A model generated the notes under the pieces. The model was not told where the DNA came from. It ran no database searches and was given only the letters and a program-made list of their open reading frames with translations. Both the position numbers and the translations under genes were made by a program. A stretch of DNA of 64,000 nt from Nitriliruptoraceae bacterium (GTDB lineage: Bacteria > Actinomycetota > Nitriliruptoria > Nitriliruptorales > Nitriliruptoraceae). Numbering within the stretch: the stretch's first letter is position 1; the number at the start of each line of letters is the position of its first letter. The DNA is taken from the NCBI GenBank assembly GCA_040904765.1, contig JBBDST010000008.1, positions 4,219 through 68,218 on the forward strand, read 5' to 3'. Of this stretch, positions 47,429 through 56,488 are shown in pieces.

Positions 47429-48748
47429 ATGCGAACTGATTCATTGACGTCACAGATGTCGCAAGATGAACTGTATGCGTTATCGCTTGAGGTGATGCCC
47501 GGTGGTGCCGGTGTCGGCGCATACGCCATGCCTGATGATGCACGCTTCATCATCAACCGTGGTGAAGGCTCCAAACTGCTGTCGACTGAAGGTAAGTGGT
47601 ACATCGACTACGTCGGTGGAGCAGGTGCGTTGATCATTGGGCATGCGTTTCCCAGTGTTGTTGAAGCCGCCCAAGCTCAAGTGGCTAAGGGCTTGCACCT
47701 GTATGGGACATTGAATGAACCAGCGATCCAGTACGCGCGGGTGCTTGTGGATGCGATCCCCTGCGCCGATCAGGTCGTTTATGCGACAACTGGTTCTGAG
47801 GCAACGTTTTATGCCATGCGTATTGCACGTGCCTACACCGGCCGCAGCAAGGTTGTGAAATGCGAAGGCGCGTACCACGGCAACCATGACTACTCCAGTT
47901 TTAGTGTCTCCCCGAAAACGCTTTCGGAATATCCGGTTGGTCAGCCCGACACCGGTGGTATTCCAACTGGCATTCGCGAACAAATCCTCATTGCGCCGTA
48001 CAACGATCTTGACACGGTCGCACGTATCTTTAAGGAACATCAAGATGACATTGCAGCATTGATTGTTGAACCCGTGCAGCGCAACATTCCCCCACAACCA
48101 GGATTTTTAGAAGGTTTGCGAGAACTCTGTACAGAGCACGGCATCGTCCTCATTTTTGATGAGGTCGTCACCGGTTTTCGTCTCGCTTACGGCGGTGCAC
48201 AGGAATTTTTCGGTGTTACCCCAGATCTTGCTACCTACGGCAAAATTGTGGGGGGCGGGGGGCCAGGATCGTGTGTTGCCGGACGGCGTGAAATTATGGG
48301 CCAAAGCGATCCGGTTATTCGCGGTCAGGACAACTACGCATATGTCAATGGAACTCTGCACGGCAATCCGATCGGATGTGTGGCCGGCATGGCGACGTTG
48401 CAGGAACTACGCACTCCAGGGTTTTACGATCGGCTGCATGCTCGCACTGAGACGTTTAAAGGACAGGTGCAGGCCATCCTTGATAACCATGGGCTTGAGG
48501 CACGCGTTTGGGGCACGGGATCATTGTGGCAGACGGTGTTTATGGATCGTATTCCAACCCGCCATGCAGACATGATGAATGCCGATATGGCGTTAACGAA
48601 AGAACTTGACCGTCAACTGCTGTTGCGCGGAATCTATGTGCTGCCAGGTGTTCGTCGTTTCGTGTCGTCCGTTCATACTGATGAAGATTTCGCGACAACC
48701 TATGCGGCGTTGGATGACGCGTGTACGACAGTAAAAGCCAACCTGTAG
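47429..48748 (+). CDS. class III PLP aminotransferase (glutamate-1-semialdehyde 2,1-aminomutase-like)
   Basis: GGAGALIIGHAFP, DEVVTGFRLAYGG and the PLP-lysine context ATYGKIVGGG. Confidence 0.85.
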   Translation: MRTDSLTSQMSQDELYALSLEVMPGGAGVGAYAMPDDARFIINRGEGSKLLSTEGKWYIDYVGGAGALIIGHAFPSVVEAAQAQVAKGLHLYGTLNEPAIQYARVLVDAIPCADQVVYATTGSEATFYAMRIARAYTGRSKVVKCEGAYHGNHDYSSFSVSPKTLSEYPVGQPDTGGIPTGIREQILIAPYNDLDTVARIFKEHQDDIAALIVEPVQRNIPPQPGFLEGLRELCTEHGIVLIFDEVVTGFRLAYGGAQEFFGVTPDLATYGKIVGGGGPGSCVAGRREIMGQSDPVIRGQDNYAYVNGTLHGNPIGCVAGMATLQELRTPGFYDRLHARTETFKGQVQAILDNHGLEARVWGTGSLWQTVFMDRIPTRHADMMNADMALTKELDRQLLLRGIYVLPGVRRFVSSVHTDEDFATTYAALDDACTTVKANL

Positions 48749-48756
48749 ATACGACA

Positions 48757-48800
48757 GTTCCGGCACGGTAAGGCAAGAAAGTTGCCTACCGTGCCGGAAC
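48757..48800. terminator. hairpin terminator between convergent genes
   Basis: GTTCCGGCACGGTAAGGCAA / TTGCCTACCGTGCCGGAAC forms a 19-bp stem with one bulged A and a 5-nt loop. There is no clear U tract. Confidence 0.55.
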
Positions 48801-48835
48801 TGCGGCACATCCATCACAAGTTGACTGTGGGGATG

Positions 48836-50890
48836 TCAACGACGGGGCCCAGTTGGTGGTGGATTTGGACGGTCCGGTGATGGTGTGCCTGGTATAGGCG
48901 GATCTATGTTCGGTCCGCCAGGTGTGGATGGTTGACTTGGCGTGTCTAGATGGCTAGGTGTGGATGGCTGATTTGCCGCAGAGTTACGTGCAGATCCCCG
49001 AATCAGGACGTCATCGCTTGCCGGTCCAACCGTGCCGTCATAGATGCCACTAATGCGGCAGCGCGCAGCATCAATGAACTGATTCGGGACAACGACACTC
49101 ACCCTTGCGCCTGTGTGAGAAAGCGCAGAGGTTTCAACGCGAATTGCGTTGACATCACTAAACGGTGTCGGGGCAAGCGTTTCACTGCAAGCTACGAAAT
49201 ATCCAGTAGCTCGTGTGCTGTCGACAAACTCCAGTCGAAGTTCTTCGTGCAGCCGTATGGCGGTCACAGCGGCAAGAAGTGGTGGCTGTGCGGGTGCGAC
49301 AGTACGTGGATCGCTACGGTTCGTTGGACGCTGTGGCGCGTCAATGTTGTCAATTGACCTCTTACGGGCTATTTCAGGTGTCTGAAGTTGGTCAGTATGT
49401 TTCTGAACAGGCTCAGTCGCGTCGCCGCAGTCTTTGGCGTCAGGAATGCAAGTCCTTTCAGGCGTGTCTTCGGCTGGGCCCTGATCGACGAAATGCGCCA
49501 GCAGCATTGTTTTTGGTGCGGTGACGTTGTTTGTCGCTGCGTCTTTCAGCAGGGTGCGAATCCCAAGGGCAGATTCGTCCGGGTTTAACTGCCATAGGCG
49601 TGCGACCAGGCCCGCAACGTGAGGTGTCGCCATAGAGGTGCCAGATAAGGTGGCGGTCGCGGTGCTGCTGGTGTGCCACACGGAGGTAATCGAACTTCCG
49701 GGTGCATACAGGTCGACACATGAACCAGTGTTGCTAAATGAGGCGCGGGCATCTGACCTGGTGGTAGCACCAATAGTGATGACATCACGGGCTCGGGCTG
49801 GAGAGATTACACAGGCGTCTTTACCGTCGTTGCCGGCGGCAGCAATGACGATAAATCCTCGCTGAGCGGCGTCAGTGACAATGTCATCGATCGCAGTGTT
49901 AGCAGGGCCGCCAACACTCACGTTGATGATGGCAGGTCCGCCAGGATGATTGGCCATAATCCAACTGACCCCAGCGACAATTGATGATGCAAAACCATTC
50001 CCGTCGCAATCAAGAACTCGGACTGGCACGACAGTCGCCTGTTTGGCTACCCCGAAATTTTGACCTGCGACAGTGCCGGCTACATGCGATCCGTGACCGT
50101 TACAGTCGTTCGTTCCGTGCCCGTCGTCAACACCAGACCAGCCTGCAGCGACACGGCCATTAAAGTCGCGATGGTCGGCACGTATGCCCGTGTCAACAAC
50201 ATAGACGCGGCTACCTGACCCGTCAGCACGATACGAGTAGCTGCCGTCAAGCGGCGCATCGAGCGCATCGAGCCGGTCTAAGCCCCACGATGGCACAGGT
50301 GACTGCGTATGTATTTCTAGTGCGGTGATGCGTGTATCTGGTTGTACTGAAACGTCTAAATCGGCTAACAGCACGGTGGTTGCGGCAGGAACACTAAAGG
50401 TGATCTGATCGGGCCGTTCGGCTAAGACCCGCAATTGTTCTTCTCCGCTGGCTCGCAGCCGTGCGTTTATTTCTGCGGCGGTGTTGCTATCAGAGGTAAT
50501 GATGACATAATCCCCATCGCGGTCAATCGGCATTGGTAAAGGGGTAAAGCCGGGGATGACGGCTGTTTGTGATGCGAGTGTTTTGTTCAGTAAAAACTCG
50601 TCAGATGTGGACGGTGCCACCATCAAGACCAGGGCAGCTATCACTGCTACAGGTATTGCCGCTAGAGCGAACACTGCCGCACGTCTGCGTTTTGTTGGAG
50701 GAACCACCGACGGTTGCGCCAAATGGGTACGAAGTGCGTGGGTGTCGCGTGCCAGTGAAGATGATGCGGTGATTACTTCAGCGTTCAACGCGTCATTGGT
50801 GGCACGCAGGGGGCGTAACGACGCCGACAGCCGCAAAGCAACATCATCGTTGTGATGCTTACGATGGCGAATAACCCAAAAAATGCTCAT
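48836..50890 (-). CDS. membrane-anchored S8 (subtilisin-like) serine peptidase with Pro-rich C-terminal tail
   Basis: Catalytic triad contexts VYVVDTGI, HGSHVAGTVAG and GTSMATPHVAG. About 75 aa of N-terminal cytoplasmic region precede one TM helix (AAVFALAAIPVAVIAALVLMV). The C-terminus is Pro/Ser/Thr-rich. Confidence 0.85.
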   Translation of the reverse strand: MSIFWVIRHRKHHNDDVALRLSASLRPLRATNDALNAEVITASSSLARDTHALRTHLAQPSVVPPTKRRRAAVFALAAIPVAVIAALVLMVAPSTSDEFLLNKTLASQTAVIPGFTPLPMPIDRDGDYVIITSDSNTAAEINARLRASGEEQLRVLAERPDQITFSVPAATTVLLADLDVSVQPDTRITALEIHTQSPVPSWGLDRLDALDAPLDGSYSYRADGSGSRVYVVDTGIRADHRDFNGRVAAGWSGVDDGHGTNDCNGHGSHVAGTVAGQNFGVAKQATVVPVRVLDCDGNGFASSIVAGVSWIMANHPGGPAIINVSVGGPANTAIDDIVTDAAQRGFIVIAAAGNDGKDACVISPARARDVITIGATTRSDARASFSNTGSCVDLYAPGSSITSVWHTSSTATATLSGTSMATPHVAGLVARLWQLNPDESALGIRTLLKDAATNNVTAPKTMLLAHFVDQGPAEDTPERTCIPDAKDCGDATEPVQKHTDQLQTPEIARKRSIDNIDAPQRPTNRSDPRTVAPAQPPLLAAVTAIRLHEELRLEFVDSTRATGYFVACSETLAPTPFSDVNAIRVETSALSHTGARVSVVVPNQFIDAARCRISGIYDGTVGPASDDVLIRGSARNSAANQPSTPSHLDTPSQPSTPGGPNIDPPIPGTPSPDRPNPPPTGPRR

Positions 50891-50950
50891 ACCTACTACA
50901 GCGTCAGACGTACAGATCGCATGACAGCATGAAGTAAAAAACTTTTGGTG

Positions 50951-51508
50951 CTAGGAAGGTGGCAGTGCGATTCGCAGTTTGTGTAGGGCCCGTCGACTGA
51001 TGGCCGCGACCGTATTCGCACGTTTGCCGACAATAGCGCCAACTGTTGCGGTGTCGAGGTCAGCGACGAAGCGCAACACCAAAATGTCACGTTCGTTCGC
51101 GTTTAGTCGTTCAAGGAGACGGTAGAGATCGGTTCCTGCAGCTACAGCATCGGCAAATTCTGATGATGAGAAGTCTGCCAGTTGTTCGGTCCTAGCCCAG
51201 CTTACGAAATCGCTTTGGCTGACCGGTCGGCGGTTTTGCCATCGCAGGGCATCGAGCATGCGGTTGCGGGCGATGGTGAAGATCCAAGCCCGAAAATTTG
51301 CTTCATCGCCGTGAAATGTGTGCAGATCGCGGGCAATCTGCAAAAATACTTCGGAGAGTTGGTCATCTGGTTCGGGTGCGCCGGCGCCCCGAAGAAACCC
51401 GATTAACGAGGGCGCATACGTGTGAAACAGCGTGTTCCACGCAGTTTCTTCGCCGTGCGATGCACGACGAAGAAGGACACGAAACGTTTCGTCCATACAA
51501 CCATTCAC
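50951..51508 (-). CDS. ECF-type RNA polymerase sigma-70 family factor
   Basis: Region 2 (FRAWIFTIARNRMLDALR) and region 4 HTH (ERDILVLRFVADLDTATVGAIVGKRANTVAAISRRALHKL). ATG 51496 is an alternative start. Confidence 0.85.
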   Translation of the reverse strand: MNGCMDETFRVLLRRASHGEETAWNTLFHTYAPSLIGFLRGAGAPEPDDQLSEVFLQIARDLHTFHGDEANFRAWIFTIARNRMLDALRWQNRRPVSQSDFVSWARTEQLADFSSSEFADAVAAGTDLYRLLERLNANERDILVLRFVADLDTATVGAIVGKRANTVAAISRRALHKLRIALPPS

Positions 51509-52011
51509 AGTTTTAGCGCTCTCACTACCCCACTAGCGATATCAATCGAATAGGACGCTAACGAGCCACCGTAACCCTCGGTCTGGACACGTGATGGCGT
51601 ATTTTCGTCCGATCGGACATTCGATGGTGTGGTGATGGTGCACGCGATATCAACGCCAGCTCTCGTCGGTTGTATGCGATTTGTAGGTTTGACGCTGGCG
51701 CATCCAACGCGTGAACCTTTCGGGCGAAAACACCCGAAATGGTGCTTAGAATCCGCACTATTTTTTTGGTGATCCGTTGAACTACCGTTACAAGCCAGAT
51801 CGCATTGTCTAACAGCGAGTAAAAGTTTCTTGCGAGCCTGATAAAGGATCATCGTCAAAGTCGATGGTCACGGGTTTCGGATGCAGACGAAGTTGCTGCA
51901 CTATCGGATGGGGCTGAGTTGCAGTTAACTTTCATCAGCACGTACACAAAAGATGAGTGATAAGTCACCAAACGGCCGCAACTACTTTGCCTTTGCGAGA
52001 CACAACGTGTT

Positions 52012-52041
52012 GGCTTCACCCAGCCAACACGTTTAAATAAC
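52012..52041. promoter_or_regulatory. perfect 12-bp inverted repeat (possible operator or terminator)
   Basis: AACGTGTTGGCT-tcaccc-AGCCAACACGTT lies 28 nt upstream of ATG 52069. Confidence 0.3.
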
Positions 52042-52068
52042 CGGGAACTATCAGGTGAAAGTTGAGCC

Positions 52069-52635
52069 ATGCCAACGGATCAAAAGCCAAACTCTTTTCC
52101 TTGGGCGCTTGACGATGAAGGCCTTGCGTTACTCAAGCGTCATCTTGGAAGCACCCGACCCCAAGTCGCCGTCGAATTTGGCTCAGGAAAATCCACGCCG
52201 ATTTTGCGTAACTATGCCAGTCACACGGTAAGTCTGGAGCATCTCGCTGAATGGGGCGAAAAAACGGAGCAACTGTGCCGTTCACAGCGTGGGAGTTGGT
52301 GGCAGCAGTTGTTTCGTCGCAACCGTAAACGTGCAGAACTGCGCATGGTAGAAATAGGTTCGATCTCAACGCCGGTGGGACAATTGGCCGTCTATGACAC
52401 GATCTTGCCAGACCGGGTTGATTTCGCGTTGATTGACGGGCCACCAAAATCCATCGGTCGACAGGGCGTCATGTTCCAACTTTTTGCTTCTTTGACTCCC
52501 GAGTCGGTGGTGTGGCTAGATGATGTGAATCGGCCGGAAGAAACGGAGATTCTTGCCCTCTGGCAAGAGCATTTCCCATTGCAGGTGCGTTCTATCAGCG
52601 ACCGTATTGCCGAGATTCGTATCATCACGTCGTAG
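52069..52635 (+). CDS. class I SAM-dependent methyltransferase-like protein (Methyltransf_24-like), tentative
   Basis: VAVEFGSGKSTPIL (glycine-rich motif I) and FALIDGPP. 188 aa. The codon composition looks AT-richer than in neighbouring genes. Confidence 0.45.
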   Translation: MPTDQKPNSFPWALDDEGLALLKRHLGSTRPQVAVEFGSGKSTPILRNYASHTVSLEHLAEWGEKTEQLCRSQRGSWWQQLFRRNRKRAELRMVEIGSISTPVGQLAVYDTILPDRVDFALIDGPPKSIGRQGVMFQLFASLTPESVVWLDDVNRPEETEILALWQEHFPLQVRSISDRIAEIRIITS

Positions 52636-52909
52636 TCGCGCCGTTGCGGCAACAGGCCCGACGGTTTATCGCATCGGTGACCTGTCTAACAGGTGTGAGT
52701 TGAGTTTTCCTGGCAAAGGCTGCCAGCAGACACCTTTGCTGTAGGGCCGCGTGCAGGCGTGCGGACAGGTCAAAATCTTCAATATTCGAAGACCGATGGT
52801 TCCCGCCAGTGTTTACGAAGGGGAGGTGGCTGAGTCCAGATTGACTAAAACGTGCAACAGTTGGGAAGCCTCTCCCGCCCTTTTGAGCGAGAAAGACTTC
52901 CCAAAGTCG

Positions 52910-52982
52910 TACCCCCGACCGGATTCGAACCGGCGTCACCACCTTGAAAGGGTGGGATCCTAGGCCGCTGGACGACGGGGGC
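52910..52982 (-). tRNA. tRNA-Glu (anticodon TTC)
   Basis: Hand-folded on the minus strand. Acceptor stem is GCCCCCG/CGGGGGT. The anticodon stem is CCACC/GGTGG with loop CTTTCAA. T arm is GCCGG-TTCGAAT-CCGGT, with discriminator A. CCA is not encoded. Confidence 0.9.
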
Positions 52983-53045
52983 TAAAACCTCTGATTGCAA
53001 AGACGAACCCTGCAAACCGCCGCAAGGATAGCGCGCAACGGACCA

Positions 53046-54590
53046 CTAACGCGAAGCGCGGCGCCGTACCCGCTTAAACGCCTGGGTTCCACCCATAATC
53101 AACAGGCTAAACACCGACAGAAAACCGACAATATCGCCGGTCGCAAGAAATGGTGTACGGCCATCTACAAGCGGCACATCGGCACGCAGGGTCTCAAGTG
53201 TGAAGAGGCCCGTTTGCTGATGAATTCGCCCGTGCGGGTCGATGATGGCACTTGCGCCACTAATCGCTGCATGTACCACCCAGCGACCTGTTTCAACTGC
53301 CCGTAACTGGCTCTGAGCCAAATGCTGATAGGGCGCGGCAGATACACCAAAAGACGCGTTGTTCGTTAACACAACAATCAGCCCAGCATCTTCGTCGCCA
53401 GCCGTAATGTTGCTGTGTATGGTTGAGGAAAACATTGTTTCAAAACAGATCGCAACAGCTATACGTGTCCCGTCGGCAAGAACGATCTGTTGTGGCGTGC
53501 TTCCAGCAATTGCATCGCGTGGTGTCTGCTGTAGCGGCGGAAACCAATCAAGGAAGCGACGCAGCGGGATGTATTCGCCAAAAGGGACCAGGCGGCGTTT
53601 GGTGTATTGCCCCACGATCGAAGCCGAGTCGTCAAACACGGCGGCAGCAACAAAACGTTGTGTCTGAGGATCCGGCCCGTCAAGAGTGATTCCGGCGATC
53701 AGTGGACTTGTAACCGCAGTGCTAGCACGAATGGCCGGAAGTAACGACTGTCCTCGGGCAGAGAACGGGTCACGGTCGATCGCCGATTCTGGCCAAAACG
53801 TCACATCTGGCGGGCCAGCCGCCACAACTGATGCAAGGGTTTGATCGGCCAGGGCGTTGACGATACGCAGTGGTGCGTCACCTCGAGGCCGGTTTTCTTC
53901 CCAGTGTTTAACGTCGTTGCCCTGTACCGCAAGCACGTCCAGTGTTCCGTGTGCAGCGGGCGGTTCGATCGTCAATAGCACACTCAGAAACAGCCCTCCA
54001 AGCAACGTCGCGGTCGGCACATGGCGAATCGACAAGGTGGCGCCAAGCTGTTGGTCATGACGCTTGTGTGCCACGGTCTTGGTGTCTATAACGATTTGCA
54101 GGGCAGCGACACTTAAAGTCACCACAAGCAAAGTGATCGCGTGGGCGCCACCTATGCGGGCGACAGGTAGCAGCCATGAGCCGTCTACATGCGCGTAGGC
54201 GATTGCCCCCCACTCAAATCCGCCAAGAGGAAACACGCCGCGGATCACGTCAATTGATGTCCAAGCAGTCCCGACAGCTAGGGCAGCAAAACGAGCTTTT
54301 CGGGTGGCATGGATAATCACTGCAAGCAGCGCTACATACACCGTTTGGGTAAAGGCCAGCAGCAACCATCCCACAAGTCCTGCAGGCAGGATCAGCCAAC
54401 TTAACAGTGGCCCAAAAAAGCTTGCACCTGCAATCAGTCCGACAAGCGCAGCGGGCACGGTTGGCTTGGAACGTGTCGCAGCCGTATGCCACACCGCAGC
54501 CACCAACAGCGCAGGCGCGAGAAAACTTGCTGGCCACACGTTGTAGGGGGCGTGAGCCAGCAACAAAGACACGCCGCTAGCCACAGCCAT
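53046..54590 (-). CDS. lnt: apolipoprotein N-acyltransferase
   Basis: N-terminal polytopic membrane part plus a C-terminal carbon-nitrogen hydrolase domain (active-site Cys in AVAICFETMF). The ORF extends to GTG 54695, but that would overlap the upstream gene by 79 nt. ATG 54590 or GTG 54635 is more likely. Confidence 0.85.
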   Translation of the reverse strand: MAVASGVSLLLAHAPYNVWPASFLAPALLVAAVWHTAATRSKPTVPAALVGLIAGASFFGPLLSWLILPAGLVGWLLLAFTQTVYVALLAVIIHATRKARFAALAVGTAWTSIDVIRGVFPLGGFEWGAIAYAHVDGSWLLPVARIGGAHAITLLVVTLSVAALQIVIDTKTVAHKRHDQQLGATLSIRHVPTATLLGGLFLSVLLTIEPPAAHGTLDVLAVQGNDVKHWEENRPRGDAPLRIVNALADQTLASVVAAGPPDVTFWPESAIDRDPFSARGQSLLPAIRASTAVTSPLIAGITLDGPDPQTQRFVAAAVFDDSASIVGQYTKRRLVPFGEYIPLRRFLDWFPPLQQTPRDAIAGSTPQQIVLADGTRIAVAICFETMFSSTIHSNITAGDEDAGLIVVLTNNASFGVSAAPYQHLAQSQLRAVETGRWVVHAAISGASAIIDPHGRIHQQTGLFTLETLRADVPLVDGRTPFLATGDIVGFLSVFSLLIMGGTQAFKRVRRRASR

Positions 54591-54616
54591 CGCAATGACT
54601 GTGACATGCGGCAGAA

Positions 54617-55024
54617 TTAGACGCAGTCGATACACAACGACCGTTTTTTGTCGGCCAGCTGAGTGCGGCGCTTGGCCAGATAACAGCCAAGACACACAAA
54701 TTCGGTGCCGCGTACCCCTTCGACTTCGTCGTCATCCTCAGCATCTGGATCTAATGCTGCTTCGCTTATGGCATCGTCGCTATCAAACTGGGAGTCATCA
54801 ACAACTAACCGAGCGTCGATAGCAAGAGTTGGGTCGGCGTCTTCAAGTTCAGCATCGTCAATGGCCACGACAACATCACCGTCGCCGTCAGCAAGTTCCG
54901 GCTGCTCGTCGTCTGGATCAAACACTTCAAATCCGTCTGCGAACTGTGGCTCGTCGGCCGTGTCAATCTCCACTGTTTCGTTAGCAGGATCGTTCTCGTC
55001 GGAAGGTTCAACCGAGCGCGCCAC
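54617..55024 (-). CDS. DUF4193 family protein
   Basis: Very acidic N-terminal two-thirds, then C-terminal EFVCLGCYLAKRRTQLADKKRSLCIDC (CxxC...CxxC). GGAGA lies upstream of GTG 55024. Confidence 0.7.
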   Translation of the reverse strand: MARSVEPSDENDPANETVEIDTADEPQFADGFEVFDPDDEQPELADGDGDVVVAIDDAELEDADPTLAIDARLVVDDSQFDSDDAISEAALDPDAEDDDEVEGVRGTEFVCLGCYLAKRRTQLADKKRSLCIDCV

Positions 55025-55312
55025 TGGGCTTCTCCAAAGGTAAGAATTTTTCGGCGGGAGAATACATCCTCACACCAAACTGGGGGAATACGTTTGACGA
55101 TAGTGTGCAGCAACCCCGCGGGTTCCTAGCGCAAGGCCAAGACCGCGGGGTCATCGTGCCAAACCGTTGGGACCGAACATGATGTCCGTTTTCTACTAGG
55201 CGGCACACAATGTCGCGCCGATACCACACGGGAAATCAGCGCGTGCGGCGCGACCGTACCAAACCTTTGGATGAATGCCGACAACATGAGCACATACCGC
55301 TCTGCGGCGAAC

Positions 55313-55651
55313 TTAACCGGCAATATCGATGCCGCTTGCAGCCCCAACACTGGCGACGATGAATACTGCAGCCAACGCGAAATATGTCACGGCTACGCCG
55401 ATGCGTTTTACTGCCACAGGAAAGCGGCGAATCTCATCAACGATTCCATATCCAAACCCTACGAATGCTGCCACGACACATCCAAAAGCCGTGAAAGCAA
55501 AAAAGATCGCCGCCCCAGCAGTACCTGAAACGCCCATCAGCGCTGAAGCAACTGTTGCAAACACCCCAAGCAGCACCCCTGCACCGCCGAAACGGTGCAT
55601 CTGACGCAGCCGTTTATGGTTGTGTAGGCGTTCGTCATTAGCAGACATCAA
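55313..55651 (-). CDS. hypothetical membrane protein
   Basis: 112 aa with three hydrophobic segments. Its ATG directly abuts the stop of the upstream ORF. Confidence 0.5.
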   Translation of the reverse strand: MMSANDERLHNHKRLRQMHRFGGAGVLLGVFATVASALMGVSGTAGAAIFFAFTAFGCVVAAFVGFGYGIVDEIRRFPVAVKRIGVAVTYFALAAVFIVASVGAASGIDIAG

Positions 55652-56467
55652 TCAGCCCTCAAAGGTTTCGTTAACAACAGGGGCCGCTTCGTCAACACCA
55701 CCAAAGCCGACCACTGCGCGGCTATACACCACTTGCAAAGCGTCAGCTAAGGCCGGTTCACTCTGCTCGATAAGTGCATCAAAATACGTGAATACGCTGT
55801 GGCGCATTATGGTTGTAAACGTGTCGTTATTATAACGGCCACCAAAACCAAGCGTGTCACTGTACGGTCCGCGACCCAACGCATGATCGTGCCGGTCAGC
55901 GGCCGCATGCACAAGGCATCGCGCAGATGCTTCAGCAAGCTGCAGGGATGCGTAGTTTGACGGTTGTGCGATGGCATTTCGGATGCGACTTAAGGTGCCT
56001 AGCAGTGCTGCCGAGTGACAGAGCCAGACACTCTGACGGAACACGTTGAAGGAAATTGGCGCCGGTATGGCTTCAGACAGTTCCGTCATCGCGGCAAACG
56101 TGACTGTCTCCGATTCAAAATCGGCTGTGACCTGCTGTGCTGCCTGGCTATGAGACCCGTTGAGTGAGTACGAGCCAGCAGGCAACGATGCGTCATCGGT
56201 GGCGTATAGAAGTGCTAATGCTGTGCCGTAATGCCCGGCAAACAATTCAGCCAGATAGGGCGAACTTTGCCCGACATCATCAAGGACAACGACCAAATTT
56301 CGTAAGGAAAACAGTTTGTCATCGCCAAGCGGTTGTGTCAGCAGGTCAGTAATACCAAGGGCAGACAGTGCACACCTAGGGGATGCTGCACCTCCGGCCG
56401 TTTCAGCAGCGCAGTACCCGCGAACGAGCTCCAGCAAATGCAGTGCATCCGGCCCCATCGTGTGCAT
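55652..56467 (-). CDS. hypothetical protein
   Basis: 271-aa ORF with codon usage like its neighbours. No motif recognised. Confidence 0.5.
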   Translation of the reverse strand: MHTMGPDALHLLELVRGYCAAETAGGAASPRCALSALGITDLLTQPLGDDKLFSLRNLVVVLDDVGQSSPYLAELFAGHYGTALALLYATDDASLPAGSYSLNGSHSQAAQQVTADFESETVTFAAMTELSEAIPAPISFNVFRQSVWLCHSAALLGTLSRIRNAIAQPSNYASLQLAEASARCLVHAAADRHDHALGRGPYSDTLGFGGRYNNDTFTTIMRHSVFTYFDALIEQSEPALADALQVVYSRAVVGFGGVDEAAPVVNETFEG

Positions 56468-56488
56468 ACAACCTACTTTTCTGTCAAG

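Noticed and set aside
48920-48971. Near-identical 16-nt direct repeat AGGTGTGGATGG(T/C)TGA, 36 nt apart
   Set aside because: It lies inside the S8 protease gene and simply encodes the repeated QPSTP-type units of the Pro/Ser/Thr-rich tail.
51505-51858. 117-aa minus-strand ORF ending in a GTGA overlap with the ECF sigma ORF
   Set aside because: Third-codon positions are AT-rich compared with neighbouring genes. The sequence is low-complexity with no motif or TM helix, and the sigma factor more likely starts at ATG 51496. It is kept only as a remote possibility within the non-coding-gap finding.
52818-52885. Possible additional tRNA (class II-like GGGGAGGTGGCTGAGT start)
   Set aside because: There is no T arm (GGTTCGAATCC-like), no proper anticodon arm, and the acceptor pairing is imperfect.
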